DNA of 61,420 bases, the filler included, from Sphacelaria rigidula (lineage: Eukaryota), in NCBI GenBank assembly GCA_964200075.2. It is 10 parts of 10 records of this genome, joined end to end, with 100 filler letters (N's around TTAATTAATTAA, not from the genome) between each part and the next. Parts side by side here need not be neighbours in the genome. Positions count along the whole stretch, not along the records: positions 1 to 6,052 come from CAXNAA020022558.1; positions 6,153 to 12,204 come from CAXNAA020022559.1; 8 more parts are not named here. One strand, written 5' to 3'. Under the pieces are notes generated by a model, which ran no database searches, had not been told where the DNA came from, and was given only the letters and a program-made list of their open reading frames with translations. The first letter of the stretch is position 1, and each line of letters starts with the position of its first letter. Position numbers and translations under genes: made by a program. Of this stretch, positions 1 to 12,015 are shown piece by piece.

Positions 1-73
1 GTCCCGGCGTTGTAGGGATGCGAGGTCAATGGTCTGATGACTATGGCATGCATGATCATGAGTACACCCCTCC
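1..73 (-). repeat. Short G-headed dispersed repeat, variant B
   Basis: Reverse complement matches 12112-12185 (GGGTGTACTCATGATCATGCAT...GACCATTGACCTCGCATCC) in another contig. Confidence 0.75.
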
Positions 74-79
74 TTCATC

Positions 80-870
80 GGCAAAACATTTCGTCCGCTT
101 TTAAACGACAAAATGGGAACAATGCTGGAGAAAAAAGACAACATCAGCGAGGAGCAAGCAGGGTTTGAGCGGAAGGTAGCTGCTTATGTAATGTGTACAC
201 AGTGGGTAAAAATGTTCATGGTAGGAAAGACGCGGGACCAACAACGCACCGTGTATTTCTAGACGTACAGAAGGCGTACGGCACAGCATGAAGAAACTGG
301 TTGTGGATAAAGATGTAAGAATCCTGAACCAAAGAAAGATGTGGAGAATGGTGGAAAATATGACAGGATGTGCAAGAAGTGCTATGATGCTAGATCGAGG
401 AACATCGACATATGTTGGTATTCTAAAGTGCTGCGATGCTAGCTGGGGAATCATCGACACATACTGATTTTTTACAAGGAAATGCACAAGATTGTACGTC
501 ATCATCTACCCTATTTAAGGTATAAATTAATGACGTGATAGTAGCAGAGTTAGCAGCATAGCAACGAGTCACCGTGGGGGTTAATACGGTATCGGTATGA
601 TGTTCGTGGGATGATTTCGTGGGGATATCAGAAACATCAGAAGGATTGTAGATACCAATAGAGAAGGTACTAGAACGTAGTAGGAAGTGGAAAGTGACAG
701 CGGTTCGATAAGATTCAAGTGGAAGTAGGGAGAAGATGAATTGCCGATCGTCAAGCAGTACACATACCTTGACGTAGAGATATTTAAGAATCCTGGAGGG
801 GACACACATGTGAAGGAGTAGGTTGGAGAAAAGCACATGAACGCAAGCTGAACGTGATATTTACAGACTC
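80..870 (+). pseudogene. Degenerate LINE reverse transcriptase fragment
   Basis: Broken frames give ISEEQAGF, FLDVQKAYG (DxxKAYD motif), QGNAQDCTSSSTLFKV*IND (QG..LSP motif) and a DDFV remnant, with many stops and frameshifts. Confidence 0.7.
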
Positions 871-1949
871 GCACCATGACACTAGAATTGAGAGATAACA
901 TAGTCTCCTCAAAAATGAGGTTCAATGTCGAGGTGAGGACAATAATAGGAACAACGAAAGTCCTTTCGTACAGTGCAGTTGTGCTCAAAGCAAAGCGAGT
1001 CCAATTGCTGCATCTTGTCCAGCGCGATGATAAGTGCAAAGATCGATTCCATACTGCATCTCTTTCGAGACAGGACGCGCCTCTGTGTGCTGCAGAGTAC
1101 GTCGTCGAAAAACAGGGCCATGTTCCCGTCCCAGCTCCCGTTCTCGCTCACACACGTGCGAGCAACGACGGTTGAGCCAAGATTCCCAATCGGCGGTGGG
1201 GGGGGCGGGGGGGAGGGGCAGGGCCCATGATCTTGCTCGCCATAACCATATGACCGCGTATCCCTACAAAGCCGGGACGGAGCACACCGGGTTTTCTTCG
1301 GACCAGGCTCGAAATCAATCATCAAGCGCGAAGCGCCGTGGTGTACTCGGCGAGTCGCATGAAGGTTGAGCTGCATCCTGCTCAAGATTGTTGTGCACTT
1401 GGATGACACCTTCAATGAGTTGCTTCATTTTCTAGTATTGCCACTTCCAGAGACAGCCACGACTCACACACTGCCTCAGGGCGGTGGGGAAGGGGGGGCG
1501 TGGTTATCGTAAGTAGTATCGTGGGTTGATATTATGTCCTGCTTGTTGCAACGAGAAACGGAGGTACAAATTAGGGGTAGAGCCATGCAGAACAGGGCCC
1601 ACGACCATGGAAACATTATTGGCATACGTAGTGAAGCAAGATGCATCTGACGGTGGCTTAGCTGCTGCTGGCGTGGCCCACATGGGGACTGGCAAACTGT
1701 GAGCTGTGAGCTGCGGCACGCTGTTTCTGATGCACGATCAAGGCGCACTGGGGAGGGGTCGTATCAGCAACGTTTCAATCACTGTTCGCTCTGCTGAGAT
1801 CACCACAAGCTTTCGCCTGACGCAAGATATAGTTCCACGACGAGCAAGGGTATTCTCGTAACGTATAACTTCCGCTCCGTTCTTGGCCTTCGAGTCGCTG
1901 AGGCCGGGTCGGGCCGACTGAAGTCAGCGACCCATGGGAAGACACAGCA

Positions 1950-4900
1950 ATCCCGCTAGTACGGAGATTCAGCGACACCTACTGTCAAACTACTCCGCAC
2001 GACAATCGTGCCGGAGCTGGGTGACTCCTGCTGTCGAACTACCCCCGCGCGCACACGCCTTGCGGTGGTTACCACCCGTGACCCAGTCGATCCCCTCCCC
2101 TGATCGCAACCCCGAACCACGGATACCGGGTTAGGCCAGGTGAAGACAGTGACCCTTGGAATGATACAAATTTGGCTTGTGTGGAGAATAAGTGGCTCCT
2201 ACTGTCAAACTGCTCCACCACAGTAGTGCGGGATCGATTGACAACCACAGTCACAATACGTGCACCATACGGTGGTCACCACCCGTAAAATTGCTGTCAC
2301 ATGGCGATGACGTCAGAACACGCCTTAGCCCTGTAGTCGGGGGCCACTAATCTGAATAAACGTCACCGCCGAAAGCATGTTGCCGTAGCTGTAAGATCAG
2401 GCAGCGACGTGTGTGTAAGCATAAAGGTCGACTTGATGGAGGTCGACGTGCTCGGGGCCCGCTGAGCCCCGTGCAGGAGAAACGGAGCAGGAACCGGAGT
2501 AGGCGGGAAGAACTGTGGAGACAGATAGTAGCCCATGAATGGTGGATCAGACACCAGAAGAAAAGGAACACAGGGAGACGAAGGAAGAGAGGGGGGGAAA
2601 TGTCAGCTCGGTGATCAGCCAAAGCACAGGCTCGCGTCAATGACCCTGTTGTAAGGGCGGTGCCTCGGTCCGATGAGCTGGAAGATTTTACCTGTAATGT
2701 ACGGACCATGGCCGAGAGGGGAACCAACGGCGCAGGCCATGCAGAGGACCTGATGATCCTTGTACCCCAGTACAACCGTCATTTCGTTGCCTTCGAGAGA
2801 CCCGTTGCGATGGAAGAACAATTCTCCAAGCGCCAACCGCGGGGAAATGAAGAGGAGGGTAAACCAGAAACGCTGGGAGTCGGGCTTGTCATTAAAGAGT
2901 ATATCACCACCATGCTAGGCCCAGGAGGCATCGTTCCCGAATACGTGAGAGCAAAAATGGTTGAGGTGCGAGTAGTGTTCGGACATAAAGTTGCCACGAC
3001 CTTCATCGTAAGGTATGCTCCCACTGAAACAGCAACCACCTCTGAAAAGACCAAGTCCTAAAGATCACTCTGCAATTCCATCGCTGACGTGCCCTCCAAC
3101 CAGTACCCAACACCTATGATGGCTGCCGATGACATAAAATGGCAATCACCACCACATTTTCTCGCACGCCAACTAGTGGGGAAAGCTCGGCCACATACAC
3201 ACATGAGGGACCGAAGGCCGGACAACGCTGGCACCTGGACTACATCCTAGTAAGTCAGCAAGGCCGAAGACGCGTTCGGAACATCACTATGCACCCCAAG
3301 ATGAGCCGGACCATCGACTGGCCTCAGCCACCATCCGTCTCCTCGGGTTGAGTGCACCCAACCGCCGACCACACCGAGAGGTTGGGACAGCAGAGCGCGC
3401 TTCGACCGGAAATTCCTCACATCCGACCAACGTTGGAGAGCGATTGTTTCGCAGGTGATTGTCGCCAAGCTCCCGAATACCACCAACTATACCAGTCCTG
3501 GACGTCATTGACATAGCATCGACCTTCGCCAACGCTCCACGACAGACGGCCGTAAATAAAGTCCCACGCTTCCCGAAGAACCCTCCATCTCGAGTTTCAG
3601 CAAAGTCGTCACAGGCTCAGGATCGCCTCCAAGGTGCGTGGAATCTCAGGAGACGTGTATGGGAGGAATTGCATGCTAACCCAAAAGACCCTGACCTGAA
3701 TAAGGCACGGAAGATGACAGATATGGCGTTCAAGCGCGTGAGGGACGCTTAATTGCAAAAGTTCATTCACGAGTTCATCATCAGGACAGCAGAGTTTACT
3801 CGCCAGAAGAACCATGCAGGGCTGCACCAACACATCGATTCCTTGGAATTGGAAGAAAAGATGGGGTGTGGCTCAACCTACATCTGGAGCGCGACCGGCG
3901 AGTTGTTGTGGGATGGGCAAGCTATCCTACGACGGTTAAAGGAGTCACTTGATACGCTTCTAAGCGGGACCTCGTCTACGCTCGACCACTTTGTCATCGA
4001 TCTCATCGAAAAGATTCCGGAGCTCGCATCGCCCGTGGCCAAGCCCTCGATGGAAAAAGTGAGGGAAGCAGTGGGCAAGCTGGTGAGCGGCAAGGCCGTT
4101 GGGAGTGACAACATCTGTAGCCAACTATTGAAGCTCGGCCCCAATGAGGACTCTGCCATCCTCAAGTGTCTCCACAACATCGTGCTCACAGTGTAGCTTC
4201 AAGAAGTGGTCCCCCAGGAAAAGAAAGACATCATCATCAAAGTATCGTTAAAAAAACAGGACCCGCACGGAAGCAACTACCGTGGAACTTCGCCAGGATT
4301 CCACGCGGGCAAGGTGGTTCTTAAAATGGTCGTGTCTCGCCTCAGCGCCTACCGCGAGTGAAAGGGAACCCGCCGACCGAGAAGCTCAACCCGACCTCCG
4401 ACCCGGCCGGTCGACAGTTGACATGATGTACGTTGTGCGCAGATTCCAAGAGCTGGCCAGAGAGAAGAGTATTTCACTGTATATGTGCTTCATCGACTTC
4501 GAAAAGGCGTACGACTCAGCCGACTGCTTTCTTCTCTGGAAGGCGTCGTTATCCACCAGTTTTACGACGGCATGCGGGCGTGCGTACGCCATGATAGCGA
4601 CGAGGTGTCTGAGTAGTTTACGGCTAACCAGAACCTTCGCCAAGGCTGCGTGCTTTCCCCCAGTTTGTTTAGCATCTTCTCCGCAGCGATGCTGACGGTG
4701 ACCTCCCACCGCTTCTCGATCAAAAAAGCGATGACGAGAAACTTCATCGGCATCGCTGAAAGCGGGGCGGGAAGACCAGGGATTTAGCACAGTGCTTCGA
4801 GCCATGCTATACGCCGACAACGCTGGTATTGCCTCGCGATCTCAATTAAGACTGGGAAAGATGATGACGGCCGTCGTCGGAATCGGCGAGCATTCGGTCT

Positions 4901-6052
4901 CCGAACATGAAGGCGGATGCGGTCGAGGGGGAGGCGGCACGCCAAAGGTAAAACCAAGTTGAGTCTTTCGTTTTTCTCGGCGAAAACAAAATCAGCAGCA
5001 TCGACGATGTCATTCCGGAGATTCACAGCCGCATTGGCCAGGCCTGCACGTGTTTCTACAAGTACAGTAACGTGATACACAACAACCCGTACATCATCCT
5101 GGCCATCAAGGGTCGTGCCCTGGAAAACCACGCACGACATATTCGGCGCGTTACGGGATGCCCACCGCGGATTCCTGCTGAGGTGCCTCAGTAGGCATAC
5201 CTCACGTCACAGCGTTTCCCACTACGACATTCTGCCATACCGTGAGGTCCTCGAAAGAAGTGGCTGCGTGTGGTCATCGAGGCTACCGTGATAAGGCGAA
5301 TCATCTTACGCGTCGGCCACGTCGTGCGCGTGCACGACAAACGCCTCCCCAACATCGTCACGCGTGGACTAACGGTCGAAGGGAAGGCGGATAAGGCAGA
5401 CCGACCGGCAAGACGCCTACAACACAGTGTCGCGGACTACTGCTCCAATTCCGAAATAAACGCGACATCATGGACGCAGATTGCCGAAATGTTCCCGAGT
5501 TGTACTAAACCGCGGAGAAGGGGGTTGAGATGCACATGACAGCCTGGATCGAAGCATGCTATACTAAGGATTTTTTGTTGCGTTATCCCTAGAGTTCGCT
5601 CAATGCTCATCGAGGACCACAGAAACGTAACGGGTAGACCGTCGCGAAGTACGCTCGCTAGTGCATCTGCCACCTTCCGAACAGGTTTGTTTTTTGTCTA
5701 TGAGGGTACCTGGGGTTGTTGATCTGACCCTTGCTTGGTAGGCATTCTTATCCCTGTTGTGTTTTCTTTCCCTCTTTCTTCTGTATACTCTGTTTGCAGA
5801 TCTGATGGATCTGTTTATACGTCACCCAGATCGGCTCGGTGGGAGGGTATTTTTCTTCTGCTTTTTTATGTCTCTTTTTGATTTTTTTTGCGGATCATAT
5901 TTGATTTTTACTCGGCGTCTTAGAAGAAGCAATGAGAGCTCTATCTCCTGCAAGGTATTGGAGAGAGGAGCCTACGTCTGTGACCACAGGTTCGAGAAAT
6001 CGGACTAATGTGCGAAAATAATGATGATGATAATAATAATAATAATAATAAT
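1950..6052 (+). mobile_element. Near full-length degenerate RTE-type LINE (APE endonuclease + RT) with (AAT)n tail; 5' boundary approximate
   Basis: APE motifs CNVRT, GVGLVI, RYAPT (2660-3061) and HLDYILV (~3230). RT motifs KAVGSDNI, RPGRSTVDMM, CFIDFEKAYDS, LRQGCVLSP and MLYADN (4090-4830). T-rich 3' UTR and tail at ~6018-6052. Confidence 0.9.
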
Positions 6053-6152
6053 NNNNNNNNNNNNNNNNNNNNNNNNNNNNNNNNNNNNNNNNNNNNTTAA
6101 TTAATTAANNNNNNNNNNNNNNNNNNNNNNNNNNNNNNNNNNNNNNNNNNNN
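6053..6152. other. Artificial contig spacer N44-TTAATTAATTAA-N44 (first of nine; others start at 12205, 18357, 24509, 30661, 36813, 42965, 49117, 55269)
   Basis: Identical 100-nt spacer every 6152 bp; the 12-mer carries stop codons in all six frames. Confidence 0.98.
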
Positions 6153-7099
6153 GTCGATACGAGGTTCGTACTCGTGTCTCCACCGTCGTTGACTGATCTT
6201 TGAATGGTGGTCTAAGATCACAGGTGGACTTCTGCCCACCCCAGTATGGGCAGTCGGGGGAAGGGGGTGGTATCTGAAAAATTTAGTGCGATATGAGTTA
6301 CACTGTGTCTCACGACCCCTGTATCTCCTATCGCCCCAAACCTCAGAGCCCACGTCGACACGATGCTAGGGTTCGTGTCCCTTACCTTTCCTTGCTCCGC
6401 TTCCGTTGGTTTGGTGGTCTTTGTGTGTGTGGTTCAAGATCACTAGCGGTCCTCGGCCCACCCCCGCAGGGAGCAGGCCAGGAGGAAGGTAGTTCCAGAG
6501 TAAATATGTCTCGCTACAAATGTAGTCTGCCGGCCTTTTTTTTGCTGCTGTTTACTGCTACCCCCCCTTCGTCTTCCGAGCTTTGCATAGCACAGGGGGG
6601 GTAGGGGTGTGACCCAATCCCAATCGCTCTCGTGAATAATTTTACGAACCCTTACTTTCCAGTTTCACATATTCATCGCACTGGAGCCGAAAACGAATGT
6701 ATTTTGGACCGAAAACGATCAATAACGCCCGCTGTCAACTCAGCCCATAAGTCATTCAATATTGAGCACAGAGGCGATTCTTGTTTCGGAATGTGTAGCG
6801 AATGTCGAGTAGCCTCCATTCCCCACACTTCGGGATCAAACGTTGACTTCGATCGGCGATGGCACGCGAAAAATCACTGAAATTCGTCGACCACGAAAAA
6901 ATTACAAAAATCTCTAATTTCAGCTGCAAACTACCATTGGGTGTGTGTACTTGTGTCAATTTTCATAATCGTCCATGACACCGTGATTTCGGCATTTGAC
7001 ATGGAAAATTTGTGGAGCATGCGTCATCATCTATGACCCAGTGATCTCGGGATTTGTATGAATAGTGTACAGGCTGGGCTGGCCTAGACACGGACTTGA

Positions 7100-7340
7100 C
7101 CCTTTTGGAACCGTTGATGGAAAAATGACGATGCACAAACTCCCATATGTGAGCTTTCGTCACCAGGAAAACGTCACTTGGAGTTCAGCACACGAATCTG
7201 CTACATGAGTATACTTGAACTGAGAGTGGCGCACCGTTTTGTCGGGCTACATTATCAACACTTGCAGAAAAACAACCATATCTTGCTCAAGAAAACGTCA
7301 ATCGTAAATCGTCAGTTTTCCATCAACGGTTCCAAAAGGG
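7100..7340. mobile_element. piggyBac-like MITE (241 bp)
   Basis: ~33-bp TIR CCCTTTTGGAACCGTTGATGGAAAA(A/C)TGACGAT, flanked by TTGA (7096-7099) and TTAA (7341-7344). Confidence 0.8.
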
Positions 7341-8194
7341 TTAAGCTCTCGAAGCAATATCTTATCGACACAGACGAGTTGGGCCGTGATCCGCATACCG
7401 CTTTAATCGCCCCATCATGGGGGAGGTGCCCATGTGCTCGAAAGTTTTGGCCATTTTTTTTCGTTGATTAAACCTCATGTGTAGTAATTGCTTTATCGTA
7501 CGGAGAAAGCTTCTATACCGAAGTCTACATGAGACCTCGAACGATACATGCAGCGGATGATGACTTTCGGTGTGAATATTCTCTGGCGCACGGGGAGACG
7601 ATCGATACCCTCAGCTTCGCCTAGTTCGTCATTTATCTCAAGATATGGCGCGCATAAGGTACTACACTAAAAGCAATATATTTCGAGAAGAGGCACTAAA
7701 TGCACGTAGTCTTCATATCGCGTCTCATTTTTTGAGAGTTGTGCTTTGAAATTTCGAATGGAGAATCGCTGGTGCATAATGATGGAAGAAAAATCAGTGT
7801 TTTCCGTTTTTTTCCCGTTTTCATTCGTTCTTCTAGAAATTTTTAAGGGAGAATGGACAACGCTCTCGAACCTCATCTCAGTTTTTAAGCTCAATTGTCA
7901 GAATTGAGATTTGAAATTCATCATGGAAAATCGCAAAGGCATGCCGACGAAAAATCAAATGTGCGTTCATTTTTGTTTTGGAGAGCTATGGACATTCACG
8001 TGAAAATATTGTCTTCATACTAAAACGTCCTGAATAAGTGAAAAAATAAATAAAAACCAATATGTCTCACGTTTTTGGTTCATTATGGCCTAGGGAGGTC
8101 CCGCACAAATTTCAAAACTCAAGTACCAAACCTCGGCCGATAAATGGCTCAGGAAAGACCGTTTCGAATTTCGCCCGGCCCGTTTTCTAAATTG

Positions 8195-8459
8195 CCCCGT
8201 TTCCCCTCAATTTCGAGAGTTGGACTTTCAACTTGGGTAAGAATAACGAACAGGGTATAAAAAAGCTACGTCGATCGGGACGTCAAGATTTTTTTTCGTG
8301 AGTTAACGGCATTTTCCTGATTTCCTGGTACTGATTTATTGCGATCAACTCACGAAAAAAAAAAAATTACTGTCCCGATCGACGTAGCTTCAATATGCCA
8401 CAGTCATTCTCAGTACCAAGCTTGAAAGTCCAACCTCTCAAAGTTGAGGTGAGACGGGG
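8195..8459. repeat. Foldback / long inverted repeat element
   Basis: Arms include AAGCTACGTCGATCGGGAC / GTCCCGATCGACGTAGCTT, TTTTTTCGTGAGTT / AACTCACGAAAAAA and GTTGGACTTTCAA / TTGAAAGTCCAAC. Confidence 0.75.
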
Positions 8460-8689
8460 TCTGCCAACCACAAATTCGTGTCTTGGCCGGCCCAGCTCGT
8501 AGGATAATGCGTGGTAGCCCGCTAGCGGCTGATGCTGCGGCGCTGACTGATCGAGTGAGTCACACCGACGAGCGGGCTGCTGAGCATGCCTCGCACATTT
8601 TTCATATTCCTGACTTCTCGAATCCCCGAAATCACTGGGTCAGAGCTCCTGATTTCAGTTATATTTCGTAAAACGTTTTAGTATGGGAT

Positions 8690-9270
8690 ACTCGAAACCG
8701 AACCAAGTACACACCCAGTACTTCTTTTTTTGTAATCTCACTTTGAACCTCTTCCCTTCCTCGGGACGAGTCCGTGGTCTCAAGGACTCGACCCATCTCT
8801 CCCCGGTACACGCCTTTCATTTTGGTCTCGCGGATTGGGCCAGCACTCCCGCACCGCGTCAACTCACGCCAAACAAACTCAATCAACTCCTTTGTTTACT
8901 CACGTTCTCACGCTTTCCACGGTGGAAATCAAATGCTACGAAGAAAAAACACAACGCATCGGGAACCGAACCCTGGTTCTCTCCACCCGAATGGCGGCAG
9001 TCGGACCATTTTAATTTACACCACCGTCGTGCGGCGATATACTATGTTGTCATATAACCCTTTGGCATGTACTCACCCTGACATTCTGGTATCATGGATG
9101 AGGTCAGCACCCCCGCACTGCGTCAACAAGTCTCGTCGGAATTTTCTTTGCTGCTTGCGATCTCACATTTCAACGACGGAAACGAAATTCCGCTGGGAAA
9201 AGCCGCCATCTGTCGGGATCCGAACCTACAACCTTCTGCCTCAACTGGCTAATGACTATTGGTGTACCGC
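8690..9270 (-). mobile_element. Two adjacent degenerate SINE-like units with tRNA-like heads
   Basis: Minus-strand B-box-like GGTTCGGTTCCC (~8957-8968) and GGTTCGGATCCC (~9214-9225). Segments 8840-8950 and 9105-9200 resemble each other. 8750-8820 matches 25950-26020. Confidence 0.45.
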
Positions 9271-9678
9271 TTCAATTCAGGTCATCGGAGCGCGCCTAGT
9301 CGGTTTCCGCAGGCGGTAAGAAAAAAAAGGCTTCGTAAGTGGGGGGGATCAATTATAACGTCGCAAACGAAGGGTATGAATGATCAATTGTTAGGTTCCT
9401 CCAAGCAATCTAACATTGGTTTCTCAAGATACAGTAGAAAAGGTACCCGAGGGTGAACAAGCGGAAGAAACTTAGAGAAGGATACCGGTGAAACGAGAGA
9501 GATGAAAACGAAAAGAATATCAACGGGGTAAACTGAAAAAAAATGGGGAAAAACTAAAAGGAAGGGAAAGGAACGGAGAAAAACGAGTAAATGGTCACGC
9601 TAACATTAACAGCACTATCGGTGGCGTGAACGAATCATACACATCCAGGGAGAGATGAAACAGGAGTGATGGGTAGGA

Positions 9679-10116
9679 GATACTTCTTACGATAGCCCCC
9701 CCCCCCCCCCCCCCCAAAACCCCCCCACACGGCGACCCACCAAACAAGCAAACACCACACCACAAGTTGGGCGAGGGGTGGTAAAAGGACNNNNNNNNNN
9801 ATCGGTGGCGTGAACAAACAATTAATACCCGGGAAGAGAAAAAACAAGATTAACGGGGGGGAAATACTTCTTACGATAGCCCCCCCCCCCCCCGCCCCAA
9901 AACCAGCCCAAGAGTGTCACGACAAAAATGGACATACAACGCCTGATGTTTGGGTTCAGGTTGCATAAAGCGCCTCATAGAGGCGAAATTGGCGAGAACG
10001 AACCCAAGCGTGCGAATTCCCAGCTGCTGATTGTACTCGGCATTTTTTATTTTGACGTGGAGATTTTGCCTCCCCAAACCAGCCACTTTTGAGGGAGGGC
10101 TATCGTAGAAAGTGTC
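9679..10116. mobile_element. MITE, GACACTTTCTACGATAGCCCC TIR family, 4-bp TSD AGGA (left end duplicated around a small assembly gap)
   Basis: AGGA at 9675-9678 and 10117-10120; interior is the reverse complement of the 27030-27282 copy. Confidence 0.8.
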
Positions 10117-10589
10117 AGGAGGGGGTTGGTTCCGCGAAAAACAGGCTCACAGGTGTGTCAGACGACCAGAATACTCGCGGTGCGTTTGTATTAGGTTGAA
10201 AACGATGTCAATAGGTATGAATGAGGGTGCCATATTGGTAACAAGCGCGCTATAACAAACGCTGCTGCTTTCAACGACGATGTGAGGTGGAATTTCGTGG
10301 AAGGAATGGCCCAAGATACCCCCCGCCCCCCTCCCCTCCTTCCCTACCGTAAACAGGATCACTCGAGATGTTTCTACGGGAAAGACTTGAGGTCGAAATG
10401 GTGAAAAATATTGCAAGTAGTGTCCAGGTCAAAACGTAGTTTTGAACCGTTCAAGGGTACGTTTGACGACTACCAGTTGCATTATTATTTGCAATTTCGA
10501 CCTCAGTCTGTTTCCATAGTAAAAATCTCGTTCCCCTTGTTGAGGATCCCCTGTTACAACATGATCACGCGAACTCACCACGGACCCAC

Positions 10590-10865
10590 CCCGAGGGAGG
10601 AGGGGGGGGGGGCGTTCTCATGTGTTGCTTGCCTTAGTCGTCTGACCATTGACCACGCATCCCTTTCGAGACGGAGCACCGTTAGGAAGGAGGGGGGGTA
10701 CTCATTTGTTGCTTGCACTAATCGTTTTACTATTGACCACGCAGACCTTTCGAGATGAAGCACCGTTCCTACTCCTACTCCTACCTAGGGTTACCCTAAC
10801 CCGACGGGAGGGGGGGGCGGCGTACTGATGTGTTGCTTACCTTAGTCGTTTGACCATTGACTACT
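10590..10865 (+). repeat. Three tandem copies of short G-headed repeat, variant A, with a telomere-like CCCTAACCC between copies
   Basis: Unit approx. G(n)CGTACTCATTTGTTGCTTGCCTTAGTCGTTTGACCATTGACCACGCATCCCTTTCGAGACGGAGCACCGTT. Also at 18559-18645 (-) and 36735-36812 (-). Confidence 0.8.
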
Positions 10866-11499
10866 TAAGGGAGGGGAGACGGGTGTGTGTGTGTGTGTGT
10901 GTGATGGGTATGAAATCAAAGGTACGACCAGACCTTTACGAGCTGGGCCAGCCAACAATGGGCGGTTTTCTCGCTCAGGCGACGCACGGCGCAATATTTG
11001 GAGTTGGACGCTGAAATTTTGACAGCAACTTTTTTATGATCAACATGCAGAACATCACGTGAGCAGAAAAGAAAAAAAAAGAAGGAAGTTATGGGGAATG
11101 GAAATTTCAGCAAAAAACAAGATAATGTCGTAAGTCCAGGGAGAAGAGAATCTGCAGCTGCTCACGGGAAAATTTCAGCTCAAGAGTCGTCGACGTTTTG
11201 CGTGACGCTTCTGCACCCCACTAGTACCCAGTGTGGGGTGATTGCTGACGTGAACCCACCGCATTGAAAAAAAATATGTACTTCGACACGCTATCGCCCA
11301 ACGATGTGAAGCGCACCCTGTACTCTATGCAGTACAATAACGTCATCGGCAATACGACGCCAATCGAATTGCGACGCAGTCCTTTGTCATCAGGTGGGTC
11401 TGCAGTTCACAGTGATATGCTTACATTGGGTTCATTCGGAAACTGGGAAAGCTGTGGTGTGTGTGGAGCAAACTCGTAACCGTCAACCTTACTACTCAC

Positions 11500-11638
11500 C
11501 GTTGAAGAACGTTCCCCACCTCCGCCAGAGCGCTTCGCGGTCCCCCTCTCCCGAGGCTTCCGTTTCTTCTTGAGGGCAAGGTGATACCAGCGCCTCCGTT
11601 CCATGTCAAACGCGAACAGGTCATTGTAGAACACCGAT
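11500..11638 (-). CDS. KLHDC4: Exon of kelch domain-containing protein 4-like gene
   Basis: SVFYNDLFAFDMERRRWYHLALKKK. Acceptor GCAG and donor GTGAGT; splices in frame (AG+A = Arg) with the 11897-12015 exon. Confidence 0.8.
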
Positions 11639-11896
11639 CTGCTCGTCCAAGGCAAAGAGGGGCACATGGGTTGTTCACTCCCTTCTACGCGCGCTAGCAC
11701 GAGCAGAACAGAATCAAAACTATTCCATGAAAGCCGGCGGGCTGATGGAATGGTTATTATCCAATGCTCCACGATGAAATGCAAGGGCCACACGAGATTT
11801 GCGTGCTCGCTTCAATGAGGGCGGCAGCGGGGTGGGTTGTTGACAAAAAAATTGTGCATGTTCTGCACGCAGCGTCGATTTCTTGTCTCTCGTCAC

Positions 11897-12015
11897 CTGA
11901 CAGCGTGCTGGGGCCCCTCGTGATCCAAGACCCCACCAAACAGTAACGCTCGGTTCTTGTGGACAGTCATAGCGGCACCTGATCGAATCGAAGGGGGCGC
12001 CCCCTTCTTCCCGAT
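11897..12015 (-). CDS. KLHDC4: Exon of kelch domain-containing protein 4-like gene
   Basis: IGKKGAPPSIRSGAAMTVHKNRALLFGGVLDHEG kelch blade (P.xRSG...LFGG). Acceptor ACAG, donor GTGACG, followed by a 258-bp intron. Confidence 0.8.

Noticed and set aside
909..1415. 168-aa minus-strand ORF between two LINE remnants
   Set aside because: No motif I can assign; it spans a poly-C run and a short dispersed repeat (1360-1392, also at 18459-18492).
9617..9900. Apparent tandem duplication around the 10-N gap
   Set aside because: ATCGGTGGCGTGAAC and the MITE left end repeat on both sides of the gap with low-quality poly-C sequence; most likely an unmerged overlap artefact. The same applies at 58030-58120.
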